A DNA stretch of 64,000 bases. Origin: an uncultured Burkholderiales bacterium (GTDB taxonomy: Bacteria; Bacteroidota; Bacteroidia; UBA8524). The position numbers and the translations under genes are program-made. The stretch lies in the NCBI GenBank assembly GCA_964584305.1, contig CAZOZL010000002.1, positions 211,336 through 275,335 on the forward strand, read 5' to 3'. Shown here piece after piece: positions 9,468 through 18,663 of this stretch; positions within the stretch are counted from its first letter, which is position 1, and each line of letters opens with the position of its first letter. A model generated the notes under the pieces. It was not told where the DNA came from. It saw nothing but the letters and a program-made list of their open reading frames with translations, and ran no database searches.

Positions 9468-10430
9468 TTAGGCTACGGGTTTAATAGCCCCTTTTAATAC
9501 TAAATATTTTGTGGTGATGTATAACACCCCCAATATTATTAAAATAGCAATAGGTTGCCACCACAACATAGTAGCATTAGTATTTATAAGCCAAATACCT
9601 ATTATAGCCTGAATAGTTGCATATATAGCACTCACCACTAAATGTGGTAACTTTATCTCGTTACTTAGGTACTGGTATAAATGGCGGCGGTGCGCGCTAA
9701 AAATATTTTCTTTTAAAAACAAACGATGAATGATGGTTAAAACACTATCCACCCCATAAACAGCCAATAGTAAAATATACTTATAATCACCTGTAAAAAT
9801 AATGAGTTGGGTAAGCAGAAATAGCACGATAAATGCCATTGATACACTGCCCACATCACCCGCAAAACATTTTGCTTTTTGCCTAAAATTAAATATCAAA
9901 AATACTACTACCCCAATAATAGAATAGATGATAAAACTTGCATCAACAAAACCATAGCTACTGTTTAACACGTACAAAGGCAATAAAACACTAAGGCTAT
10001 AAGCACCTGTAATGCCGTTTATACCATCCATAAAATTATAAGCATTTATAGTACCTATAACCAATACATACCCCACCACAACCCATACCCAATGGTAGGC
10101 AAACCACTCCGCTTGATAAAACAATAACGATACTGCCACCAAATGCACCAAAATGCGCACCTTACCTGATAGTGTTTTTATATCATCAATAAAACTAACT
10201 ATACTAATAACTACTAAGCCCATTACAAACCACGGGTAATTGCCTGTGGTTACAAAATATGCCAATATAGAAAAGGGGAATATTATTCCCCCACCACGTA
10301 ACGTTATTTTTGTATGTGAGCTTCGCTCATTGGGTTTATCAATAATATTATACTTATCAGCAATGCGAAAGTATGCCAACTCTGCCACCAACAATACCGC
10401 AAAAACTACTATATAAATGACGTATTCCAT
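9468..10430 (-). CDS. Undecaprenyl-phosphate N-acetylhexosamine-1-phosphate transferase (WecA/MraY family, initiating transferase)
   Basis: Multi-TM protein with the MraY/WecA signature NAYNFMDGINGI and a cytoplasmic DD motif. Confidence 0.85.
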   Translation of the reverse strand: MEYVIYIVVFAVLLVAELAYFRIADKYNIIDKPNERSSHTKITLRGGGIIFPFSILAYFVTTGNYPWFVMGLVVISIVSFIDDIKTLSGKVRILVHLVAVSLLFYQAEWFAYHWVWVVVGYVLVIGTINAYNFMDGINGITGAYSLSVLLPLYVLNSSYGFVDASFIIYSIIGVVVFLIFNFRQKAKCFAGDVGSVSMAFIVLFLLTQLIIFTGDYKYILLLAVYGVDSVLTIIHRLFLKENIFSAHRRHLYQYLSNEIKLPHLVVSAIYATIQAIIGIWLINTNATMLWWQPIAILIILGVLYITTKYLVLKGAIKPVA

Positions 10431-10460
10431 CGTCTTAAATTTCTTAAAACAGCTTTAAAA

Positions 10461-11501
10461 CTATTTCTTTTTAAGTTTAGTTAAGTCCCTTGTCTCGTAA
10501 ATGCGCTCTATAATATCTACTACTTTCAACCCCTCTAAAGCATTAGCGGTAATAGTATCCTTCCCGTTAAGTGTATTCACCACATTCTCAATCACATAGT
10601 GGTGGTTTGCCGCACTGCCCTTAAATGGTCCATAATCATTAGGCGGGTTAGTAGGTGCTAACTTTGGTATTTCATAGTTTTCTATATGGCAGTACTCAAT
10701 CTCGTTCATGTATTGCCCCCCCACTTTATAACTTCCTTTACTACCCACTACGGTAATGCTACTTTCCATATTGGTCTCGTAAATAGAAGTAGAAAAGTTG
10801 ATGCAGCCTATGCCCCCGTTTACAAACTCAAAATTTACCACTCCGCTATCTTCAAACTCGGTAGTGTTAGCATGGTTAAAGTCTTTAAAAATGGCTTTTA
10901 TATTTTTTATATCGCCAAATACCCAATACATAATATCTACAAAGTGGCTAAATTGGGTAAACAAAGTACCCCCGTCAAGGTTTAGTTTTCCTTTCCATCC
11001 ATCCACTTTATAGTAACGGCTATCTCTATTCCAATAGCAGTTTACTTGTACCATTAGCACATCGCCAATAGTCCCTTCACTCACTACTTTTTTCATCCAC
11101 TTACTTGGAGGGCTGTATCGGTTTTGTTTCACCACAAATACTTGTTTCGAAACATTAAGAGCTTTAAAAATTACACTCTCACACTCTGCCTTGCTTAAAC
11201 CCATTGGTTTCTCTATCACTACATGGCTGCCATTGTCTAATGCCATTAATGCCTGTGAACAATGAAAACCATTTGGCGTAGCAATATTTAATACATCTAC
11301 TTTTATATCTGACGCAAAAAACTCCTCAATGGAGTTAAAAAAGGGAACTCCAGCAGGATATAAATCATGTTCTTTTGCCTTTGGGTCTATATCTATAATT
11401 GCAGCCAATTCAGACCCTTCATACTCATTTATTATAGTAGCGTGCCTGCGCCCAATATGCCCAAACCCCGATACCGCAAATTTTATATTAGCTTTTTGCA
11501 T
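10461..11501 (-). CDS. Gfo/Idh/MocA family NAD(P)-dependent sugar oxidoreductase
   Basis: N-terminal Rossmann fold (FAVSGFGHIGRRH) and the EKP motif (VVIEKPMG) typical of the family. Confidence 0.85.
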   Translation of the reverse strand: MQKANIKFAVSGFGHIGRRHATIINEYEGSELAAIIDIDPKAKEHDLYPAGVPFFNSIEEFFASDIKVDVLNIATPNGFHCSQALMALDNGSHVVIEKPMGLSKAECESVIFKALNVSKQVFVVKQNRYSPPSKWMKKVVSEGTIGDVLMVQVNCYWNRDSRYYKVDGWKGKLNLDGGTLFTQFSHFVDIMYWVFGDIKNIKAIFKDFNHANTTEFEDSGVVNFEFVNGGIGCINFSTSIYETNMESSITVVGSKGSYKVGGQYMNEIEYCHIENYEIPKLAPTNPPNDYGPFKGSAANHHYVIENVVNTLNGKDTITANALEGLKVVDIIERIYETRDLTKLKKK

Positions 11502-12651
11502 ACGTTTTGCTAAATCTCTTTTTTAAAAAATCTTTTAATTGTGTAGGCCAATTCTTATCCATACACGGTTGCTCTATTAGCTTGAAAAAAACGGCTGACA
11601 CTGTCAACAACCCAATAAGGGCAACACCAAAATTAACCACTATACTAAGCACAAAATTACTTATTGGTATAAGACTCATGCCTTTCATAACTGCAAACAA
11701 TACAGGGTAATGTAACAAGTATATGGTATAACACATACCGCCCACTATCACAATAAACTCACGTGTAAAAATATAGTTAAAAACAAAACCTCTAAAAACA
11801 GCCATAAATAAGCCAAATACACCAATATCAAAATAGATGCGCTCATACTTAACAGTATCAGGATGGAAACTAAATAGCAATACCAAAGATATTGCCCCCA
11901 CCACATCCCACAAATAGGCTTTCTTTATTTTTTTTAATCCAAAAAGAAATACATCAACAAAGGCGAAACCCACTAAAAAGCTGTGTATATAATTGATAAT
12001 GGATTTATGCAGGTGATACTCACGCAAATCTGCTAATGTATAAGGAACTACAAAATCTAATATTAGTATAGTGGCTACTACTAATATACGCCTGCGGGTA
12101 TGGTTTTTTATAAAAAGAACTGACGATATAAGCGGTGCTAATAAATAAAACTGCACCTCCGTTTCTAAACTCCAAGTAACAGGATTTATGGGGTTGAACT
12201 CGCTAAATATAAAAAAATGAACATAGAAAATGCCTGCAACAAAATCATCTAATAAGCTAAATACACTCTCATTAAAAAACAGTACATATAGTACAAACAG
12301 TATTACTAAAGATATTATATAAGGTGGTTCTAACCTTGTGAGCCGCCTTATGAAATAGTTTTTTATATTCACCTTTCTACCTTCTGCCAAATAGTACTTG
12401 GCAAAGGGCAAACCCAGTATAAACCCACTAATAGCAAAAAAAACATCTACTCCTAAACCACCTTGCGTAAAAAGGTGATGAATAAATGAATCTAAATAGC
12501 CTTGCGGAATTATATCGGCATATACCCTTTTATAGTTGGTATTGGTATGTAGAAATATGACCGTTATTATGGCTACAAAACGTAACCCATCTATTTCAGG
12601 AATGAAATTGTTGGTAGAAGTTACTCTTCGAAACGATTTTAAACTAAGCAC
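11488..12651 (-). CDS. Acyltransferase family 3 (OafA/OatA-like) membrane O-acyltransferase
   Basis: EIDGLRFVAI...FLH motif and about 10 TM helices, 387 aa. Confidence 0.8.
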   Translation of the reverse strand: MLSLKSFRRVTSTNNFIPEIDGLRFVAIITVIFLHTNTNYKRVYADIIPQGYLDSFIHHLFTQGGLGVDVFFAISGFILGLPFAKYYLAEGRKVNIKNYFIRRLTRLEPPYIISLVILFVLYVLFFNESVFSLLDDFVAGIFYVHFFIFSEFNPINPVTWSLETEVQFYLLAPLISSVLFIKNHTRRRILVVATILILDFVVPYTLADLREYHLHKSIINYIHSFLVGFAFVDVFLFGLKKIKKAYLWDVVGAISLVLLFSFHPDTVKYERIYFDIGVFGLFMAVFRGFVFNYIFTREFIVIVGGMCYTIYLLHYPVLFAVMKGMSLIPISNFVLSIVVNFGVALIGLLTVSAVFFKLIEQPCMDKNWPTQLKDFLKKRFSKTYAKS

Positions 12652-13555
12652 TAAGCGGGGTATCTATAAAAGAGTTTGAAGTCCAGTCTATTTCTTTTCG
12701 TGCCTTATCATCAGCAAAAGTAAGCGTGGAGGTTATTTTTTTATACTGCCTTGTTTTGAGTGGAAATTTAGGAATAAAACTTCCAAATATTGCCACTGTT
12801 TGTGCTACAAAAGCAGGAATTTTAATTTTTACTTTAGTATTGATTTCATCAGCCATTTTATCCTCTATTTGAGCAAAAGTAGGATGTACACCATCCGTTA
12901 GATTATACTCGCCCGATTGTGTTTTACTAAACAACGTAGGAATAAAATTAGCCACATCACTTGCCAACACTATCGATTTTTTTGCCTCTCCCCTGCCAAT
13001 TCTAAAATAGTAGCCTTTTTTAAGGGCTTTTATCATACTGCCTAAGTTACCAGGTGGATTTGCCCCCCCCAATAAAGGTAAACGAAGGTTAAAATAATTT
13101 ATCCCTTGAGGTTTGCACCATTCAGCTATTTTTTCTTCGGCTTTTATTTTGCTTTGCCCATAAGGGTCGGCAGCGTTTAATGGATGAGCCTCCGTAATAT
13201 TTTCACCACTATCTACCCCATATACAGCAACAGAACTTATAAATATTATGGCTTGTGGAATATTATTGCTGTTTTCTAAAGCCCTTAGTAAATTCTCTGT
13301 TCCTCCCAAATTTACATCCCAAAAGGCTTGTTTTTGTTCTTCGGTTTTTGGAATACTGTGCGCCTTGCCCGCCGCATGAAGCACCGCCACATATTTCCCT
13401 TTTAGTTCAGGAATTTCTTTACTCAAATCGCAAGTAATATCATTGCCTTCGCCTGCCAAACCGATAGTTTCTATCTCGTATCCAGCATTAAGCAAACCTT
13501 GTTTAAGGTAGTTGCCTAAAAAACCTCCTGCACCTGTAACTAATACTTTTGGCAA
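12644..13555 (-). CDS. NAD-dependent epimerase/dehydratase (extended SDR)
   Basis: VLVTGAGGFLGNYL glycine-rich motif and the SSVAVYG region. Confidence 0.8.
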   Translation of the reverse strand: MPKVLVTGAGGFLGNYLKQGLLNAGYEIETIGLAGEGNDITCDLSKEIPELKGKYVAVLHAAGKAHSIPKTEEQKQAFWDVNLGGTENLLRALENSNNIPQAIIFISSVAVYGVDSGENITEAHPLNAADPYGQSKIKAEEKIAEWCKPQGINYFNLRLPLLGGANPPGNLGSMIKALKKGYYFRIGRGEAKKSIVLASDVANFIPTLFSKTQSGEYNLTDGVHPTFAQIEDKMADEINTKVKIKIPAFVAQTVAIFGSFIPKFPLKTRQYKKITSTLTFADDKARKEIDWTSNSFIDTPLSA

Positions 13556-13627
13556 TTCTTTTTTTGCTTTTATCTTGTTAGCCTTTAGCTACGGAGATTA
13601 CCCATATCAAAGACTAAATGCAGTATT

Positions 13628-14266
13628 TTACTCCATTACCCAACGCATTACCTCAAAGGCTTCTGCGTACTGTGTGCCAATTTGCACCCCTCTTGCTCGG
13701 GCAAGCGAGGTTATAAAATCAGCTTTCATATAATCTCTATGGCTTTGCGATTTGTATTCGCCTAATGCCTCCACTTTGCTATCTATATGGCGTTGCTCCA
13801 ATTTCACAAAGCATTGTGTATTAAAGGTAAGATTGTTCCAAATAAGCTCGTAGCCTAAAAGGGTAGTGGTTTTAAAAGCCCTGCGCCCTTCACTGGCAAT
13901 AGTGCTATGATCTTGGTGTATATCGCCCAAGGTGGGCATAAACACAGCATCAAAAGTCTGTGTTTTACTAATTTTTATTAGCTCTTCTAATATTTCTTGG
14001 CGCACATAGTTTAGTTTACGCACCTCATAGTCAAATATTAAAAGGTTTTCAGCAGGAATACCCAATTTTTGAGTAGCTGCTTTTACTTCTTGTTTTAAAA
14101 TATCTTTCGGATACCCATCAGGCACAGATTTTTCAGCAGTAGAAAATGCAGCATACCAAACGTTTGACCCGTTTTCTATTAGCTTGGCTATTGTACCGCC
14201 CGCCCCTAATTCTCCATCATCGGTATGCGGTGCTAAAACAAGTATATTTTTAAGATTGGTTAACAA
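13628..14266 (-). CDS. PIG-L/LmbE family N-acetylglucosaminyl de-N-acetylase
   Basis: The PHTDDGELG motif (HPDDE type) and a downstream H-x-D-H motif (DIHQDH). Confidence 0.8.
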   Translation of the reverse strand: MLTNLKNILVLAPHTDDGELGAGGTIAKLIENGSNVWYAAFSTAEKSVPDGYPKDILKQEVKAATQKLGIPAENLLIFDYEVRKLNYVRQEILEELIKISKTQTFDAVFMPTLGDIHQDHSTIASEGRRAFKTTTLLGYELIWNNLTFNTQCFVKLEQRHIDSKVEALGEYKSQSHRDYMKADFITSLARARGVQIGTQYAEAFEVMRWVME

Positions 14267-14363
14267 TTTTGCTATTGGTTGGTGGTATTTAGCCTTTAGT
14301 TCGTGTTATAATAGCTAAGGAATAAAGGTTTCCTAAATAGTTCATTAAACAATGACGAAAATA

Positions 14364-15575
14364 TTAATTAAACAGTTCTGCGTAACGGTCTGCCAAGTTT
14401 TCTATACTGTGAAATTTTTTTACGTAAACACTTCCTTTTGCTCCCATTTCTGCACGTTGTTCGGGTGTTATTGCTTTTAACTGTAATACCCCTTCTTTTA
14501 TTGTCTCAGCAGAATCAGGAGTTACTATTATACCACAGCCCGACATTTCTACGGGGTCTTTTATCAGGTTATTACTATCTAATATTGGTTTTTCAGCCAG
14601 CATATAATCAAAAAATTTATTTGCTGATACTCCATGCTCAAATAGGGGTGTGTTGTTTCGTCCTACAAAACACGCATCAAAAAACTTGAGCATATTTTGT
14701 ACTTGGTTTTTCTTGATTTTTGAGATGAAAGTAATGTTTCCAAAATCTTTGCTGGTTTCAACCAGTTGCTCTTTTAGGTACCCATCACCCACCACTACAA
14801 AGTGAATATCTTTATGGTTTTTTAGCAGCCCTGCTGCATCAACAAAATACTCTAAAGCATTTGCCAAGCCTATTGTGCCTGTATAGCCTATTACAAATTT
14901 ATCTTTTGGAATATCTTTTGTAATTTCTTGAGGCAAAGGTTCATCAACCAATTGGTTTGCACTTAACCCATTAGGAATATATCTAAACTTCTCGGGCTTG
15001 CCCGAAATGGCATCAATATATTTATTTGCATTAGGCAATAACGATACTATATAATCGGCTTTTTTATAGCCAAACTTTTCTACCCAAGCCAATAGCATTA
15101 TAAATGGATGACTTTTTTTATAACCCGCCAAATACATGGGAGTTAAAGGCCATAAATCTCTAATTTCAAATATCAATCGTTTTGCATTGAATTTTTTTCT
15201 TAACCTATGCCCTGTAAGAATAGGAAATATTGGCATTGAGGATACTACAATATAATCAGGCTTGCCCAATTCTTTTGCCGAAAGGAACAAGCACCGCCAT
15301 GCAAACACCATCATGCTCCAAAATCGTTTAATGCTTTGCCCTTTATATACAGGTACTTTTACCCAACAAAAGGTGCGCCCGTCTACATCCTCGTAATTAT
15401 ACTTATTAGGTGCATATGGAAGATTATTAAAAACATGGTTGTATGAGCCTGAAATAATTTTTACCTCATAGCCTTTTTTTATCCAGTATTCACTGAAATA
15501 GAAATGACGCTCGCCCCAACCCGATGTGGGTGTTCCTGCAAATTGATTAATTATCCAAACTACTTTGCTTGCCAC
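14364..15575 (-). CDS. GT4 glycosyltransferase, WbuB-like (L-FucNAc-type transferase family)
   Basis: N-terminal QFAGTPTSGWGERHFY, characteristic of WbuB-like GT4 enzymes. GT-B C-terminal domain. Confidence 0.8.
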   Translation of the reverse strand: MASKVVWIINQFAGTPTSGWGERHFYFSEYWIKKGYEVKIISGSYNHVFNNLPYAPNKYNYEDVDGRTFCWVKVPVYKGQSIKRFWSMMVFAWRCLFLSAKELGKPDYIVVSSMPIFPILTGHRLRKKFNAKRLIFEIRDLWPLTPMYLAGYKKSHPFIMLLAWVEKFGYKKADYIVSLLPNANKYIDAISGKPEKFRYIPNGLSANQLVDEPLPQEITKDIPKDKFVIGYTGTIGLANALEYFVDAAGLLKNHKDIHFVVVGDGYLKEQLVETSKDFGNITFISKIKKNQVQNMLKFFDACFVGRNNTPLFEHGVSANKFFDYMLAEKPILDSNNLIKDPVEMSGCGIIVTPDSAETIKEGVLQLKAITPEQRAEMGAKGSVYVKKFHSIENLADRYAELFN

Positions 15576-15579
15576 TATT

Positions 15580-16671
15580 CTATTTTTTGTTGTGATATTG
15601 TATCAGATGCTCGCACATATTGTGTGCCGCTGTTCCGCCACCATATAATTCTGCGGTTTTATGAAAAGTTTTGCCCAAATATTCGTTTGCCGCAGTAATA
15701 ATCTTATCTCCATCAGCACCTACAATGGTATTGTAGCCATTGCTTATCAACTCTACCCACTCTGTCTCATCACGTAGGGTAATGCAGTATTTATTAAAAA
15801 AGTAGGCTTCTTTTTGTAGCCCTCCACTATCTGTCATTACCAGTTTACACTCGGCAATTAGTTGTAGCATATCAAAATATCCCACGGGGTCTATAATGGT
15901 AAATTCAACGGCTATACCCTTGCTTTTTAATATTTTAGCAGTACGTGGATGTAAAGGTACTACTACTTTGGTGGTAGTGTTAATAGTGTTTAAAGCACTC
16001 ACAATACTTTTTAGCCTTGTCTCATTGTCTGTATTTTCGGCACGGTGAATAGTGCCTAAAACAAACTCGCCTTTAGTTAAACCTAAATCGCTAATAATGG
16101 TGGACACCTTATCTGATTTTTCTTTGTAAAAAATGGCTGTATCCTGCATTAAATCACCAGAAAGAACATAGGTGGTATCTATATTTTTGTAGCCTTCTTT
16201 GTTAAGATTATCTATTGCTGTTTGTGTAGGGCAATATAAAATATCGCTAATTCTGTCAGTAAGTATTCGGTTTACCTCCTCGGGCATACGCATATTAAAA
16301 CTACGCAAGCCTGCCTCAATATGTATTACTTTTATATGCAATTTTTTTGCTGCCAATGCCCCTGCAATAGTACTGTTGGTATCACCATACACCATTACAT
16401 AATCGGGCTTTTCATCTTGAAGTATTTTTTCTATTCCTTCTAGCATTTGCCCTGTCATAGCACCGTGTGAAAGCCCATGAATATTAAGGTTATAATGGGG
16501 TTGAGGTATCTCCATTTCTTCAAAAAACACGTCCGACATATTTTTATCGAAATGTTGCCCTGTATGTATTATTACCTCACAAATATCGCTTCTATATTCT
16601 TGAAATTTTCTTGACAGTGCTGCTGCTTTAACAAACTGAGGACGTGCGCCTACAATGGTTATAATTTTCAA
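15580..16671 (-). CDS. UDP-N-acetylglucosamine 2-epimerase, non-hydrolysing (WecB/FnlC/Cap5G-like)
   Basis: N-terminal VGARPQFVKAA, HTGQHFD and DSGG motifs. Confidence 0.9.
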   Translation of the reverse strand: MKIITIVGARPQFVKAAALSRKFQEYRSDICEVIIHTGQHFDKNMSDVFFEEMEIPQPHYNLNIHGLSHGAMTGQMLEGIEKILQDEKPDYVMVYGDTNSTIAGALAAKKLHIKVIHIEAGLRSFNMRMPEEVNRILTDRISDILYCPTQTAIDNLNKEGYKNIDTTYVLSGDLMQDTAIFYKEKSDKVSTIISDLGLTKGEFVLGTIHRAENTDNETRLKSIVSALNTINTTTKVVVPLHPRTAKILKSKGIAVEFTIIDPVGYFDMLQLIAECKLVMTDSGGLQKEAYFFNKYCITLRDETEWVELISNGYNTIVGADGDKIITAANEYLGKTFHKTAELYGGGTAAHNMCEHLIQYHNKK

Positions 16672-16678
16672 AATATTG

Positions 16679-17431
16679 TTACTTATTAAGTAGTTGCTCT
16701 ACTTTATTTTGATAATATGAGTGCATACGGTACCATTTTTTTCCCTCGTTAGCAGCGTGTTGTTGAGGGGTAATTTTACCTTCCTCATTCAACATTACCG
16801 TTTTACCTGCCATACGAATTACTCGGTCGAAGGCATACTCGCGAGCATCAAGCAAAGTTTTCTTTCCGCTTATATCTATTTCTTCTTCCAGCCAAATAGA
16901 TCCAGAGTCTATACCTGTATCTATTTGGTGAATAGTGCCATATACTTTTTCTTCATTGCAAATAGCCCACTCTACCACATTCATGTTTTTAAACATTGGT
17001 AGCCTGCCTGCGTGAGCATTAAGAATAACTAAGCCTGGTATTTCTATCACACGTTTTCTAAAAATACCTGCACCACAATTTATAAGATACTTTATACCCA
17101 GTTGTTTAATTTGTTTTATGATCTCATCACTATTAAGTTTAGAAACGGATATAGTATTGGGTATAGGTATATTTACTTCTTCTTGTGAGAATGATTTTTT
17201 ATTACCCGAAAACTTCTTGAATTGAGGTAACAAAAACTCTTTAAAAAAAGAGAGTTTGTATTTCCTAAGCTCTTTTTTAAGCCTATCGGTAGGTTTTACA
17301 TATATAAGATGCTTAGGCTGTAACCCAACATCTCTAAACCCCACTTGTGCCGATTTCAGAAAATTACCCCTTGGGTTGATGGTAATATAAGCTATCTTAT
17401 CTGATAGTTCTTTTAATTGCTCGTTAGTCAA
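16679..17431 (-). CDS. Formyltransferase-fold (Formyl_trans_N) protein, candidate sugar N-formyl/N-acyl transferase
   Basis: Catalytic-triad-like N-x-H (ILNAHAGRLP) followed by HQIDTGIDSGSIW (Asp of the N/H/D triad), as in FMT/PurN/ArnA-N. Confidence 0.55.
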   Translation of the reverse strand: MTNEQLKELSDKIAYITINPRGNFLKSAQVGFRDVGLQPKHLIYVKPTDRLKKELRKYKLSFFKEFLLPQFKKFSGNKKSFSQEEVNIPIPNTISVSKLNSDEIIKQIKQLGIKYLINCGAGIFRKRVIEIPGLVILNAHAGRLPMFKNMNVVEWAICNEEKVYGTIHQIDTGIDSGSIWLEEEIDISGKKTLLDAREYAFDRVIRMAGKTVMLNEEGKITPQQHAANEGKKWYRMHSYYQNKVEQLLNK

Positions 17432-18638
17432 GGTTTGTGTGTTTTTTAATTAGCATCATTAAATCGATATAGTATTTTGTAGCCCACGATGGGTATTTAA
17501 GTGGGCAATACATACCCCAAATTGGATATGACCCTGTAATACCACCACTACGGTACTCACCTACTGCATTTAAATCTTGTGTATAGGCTAAAAAATCAGC
17601 TAATTTAAGTGCCGCATTTACATAGCGTTTATCATTTGTAAGCTCATACAGGCGGAAGAAAATAATACCTAATTGTGCATTACCTGTAAGGCAAGAGTAG
17701 TTAGCTCCTTTTTTCCAATCTTTATAAAACCGCCCAGGCATTATATTAGTAATTTCAGCTTTGTGTAATAAATGGTCTGCGGCAAGTTTACCTGCTTGTA
17801 CATATTTATCTTCTTTTAGGTTTAATCCTGTTTCTATTAAACCATCAATAGTATAAGCAATGGTGTGCAATACGGGTGCATCGTTATTTAAAAGTGTATT
17901 ATCCGCCATGTCAAACCAACCATTTTCATGTTGGTTTGCTAATACAAAATCACCGTTTTTACGGCACGCTTCTGCATACTTCTCATCTTTTGTAATAAGG
18001 TATAATTCAGACATTGGTGCAGTTACATATGTATCGTACACACGTTTCATTTGCTTAAAGTTGGTAGATGTCCAGCTACCGTCTTCGTCTTGGGTACTTA
18101 CCACCCAGTCCGCAGAGCGTTTTGCTGCCTCTAAATATTTTTCGTCTTTGGTTTCGTTATAAGAGCTTATCATACCTCTTATAACTTGCCCAGTATTAAA
18201 TACTACTGATGGTTTTCCATCTCCTTCGTATTGTCCTTCCCAGCCACCATCTTCATGCTGAATTCCCAATTCCCAATCGGCCATGCGTATAGCACGTTTT
18301 TTTAAATCTTCATCATTGTAATGGTGTGCTGTTTCCCACGCTGTTGGAATAATATATCCTGTTACTTCGGGGTAGCCTGTTGTCCATCTGTAATATTCAT
18401 AACACCCTACACCGCCTGAACCTACTTTGTCTTGTGAGTTTTTAATCCATGTAAGTCCTTTTTTAATCAGACTGTCATATGTTAAGTTGTTCTTTTTTAC
18501 ATAGTCGTTCCATTTTGGTCCACTATTTACACTCCAAAAATTTCTTAACAGTACTGACGCATTTGCTGGCTTAAAAAAACTGAAGAAAAGAGGAATTAAT
18601 TTTCCTGTGTGGTTTTTAATTAATTTAAAGGTATTCAC
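17424..18638 (-). CDS. alpha/alpha-toroid repeat protein with terpene-cyclase/prenyltransferase-like QxxDGxW repeats; function unknown
   Basis: Repeats QHEDGGWEG and TQDEDGSWTS are spaced as in squalene-cyclase/prenyltransferase alpha-alpha barrels. There is a hydrophobic N-terminus. This is not a family expected in glycan loci. Confidence 0.4.
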   Translation of the reverse strand: MNTFKLIKNHTGKLIPLFFSFFKPANASVLLRNFWSVNSGPKWNDYVKKNNLTYDSLIKKGLTWIKNSQDKVGSGGVGCYEYYRWTTGYPEVTGYIIPTAWETAHHYNDEDLKKRAIRMADWELGIQHEDGGWEGQYEGDGKPSVVFNTGQVIRGMISSYNETKDEKYLEAAKRSADWVVSTQDEDGSWTSTNFKQMKRVYDTYVTAPMSELYLITKDEKYAEACRKNGDFVLANQHENGWFDMADNTLLNNDAPVLHTIAYTIDGLIETGLNLKEDKYVQAGKLAADHLLHKAEITNIMPGRFYKDWKKGANYSCLTGNAQLGIIFFRLYELTNDKRYVNAALKLADFLAYTQDLNAVGEYRSGGITGSYPIWGMYCPLKYPSWATKYYIDLMMLIKKHTNLD

Positions 18639-18663
18639 TGTTTATAGTGCTTGGTTTGTTTTA

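Noticed and set aside
7266-11013. Multiple 60-120-aa ORFs on the plus strand (e.g. 7266-7532, 8088-8456, 10686-10985, 10798-11013) and similar small antisense ORFs throughout 11-45 kb
   Set aside because: All lie entirely within, and antisense to, long well-supported minus-strand genes. None has a recognisable motif.
17424-18638. Calling the 404-aa toroid protein a bona fide terpene cyclase
   Set aside because: QW-like repeats are present, but no DxDD or DDxxD catalytic motif was seen. The alpha/alpha-toroid fold is shared by many glycan-active enzymes, so only the fold-level call is retained.
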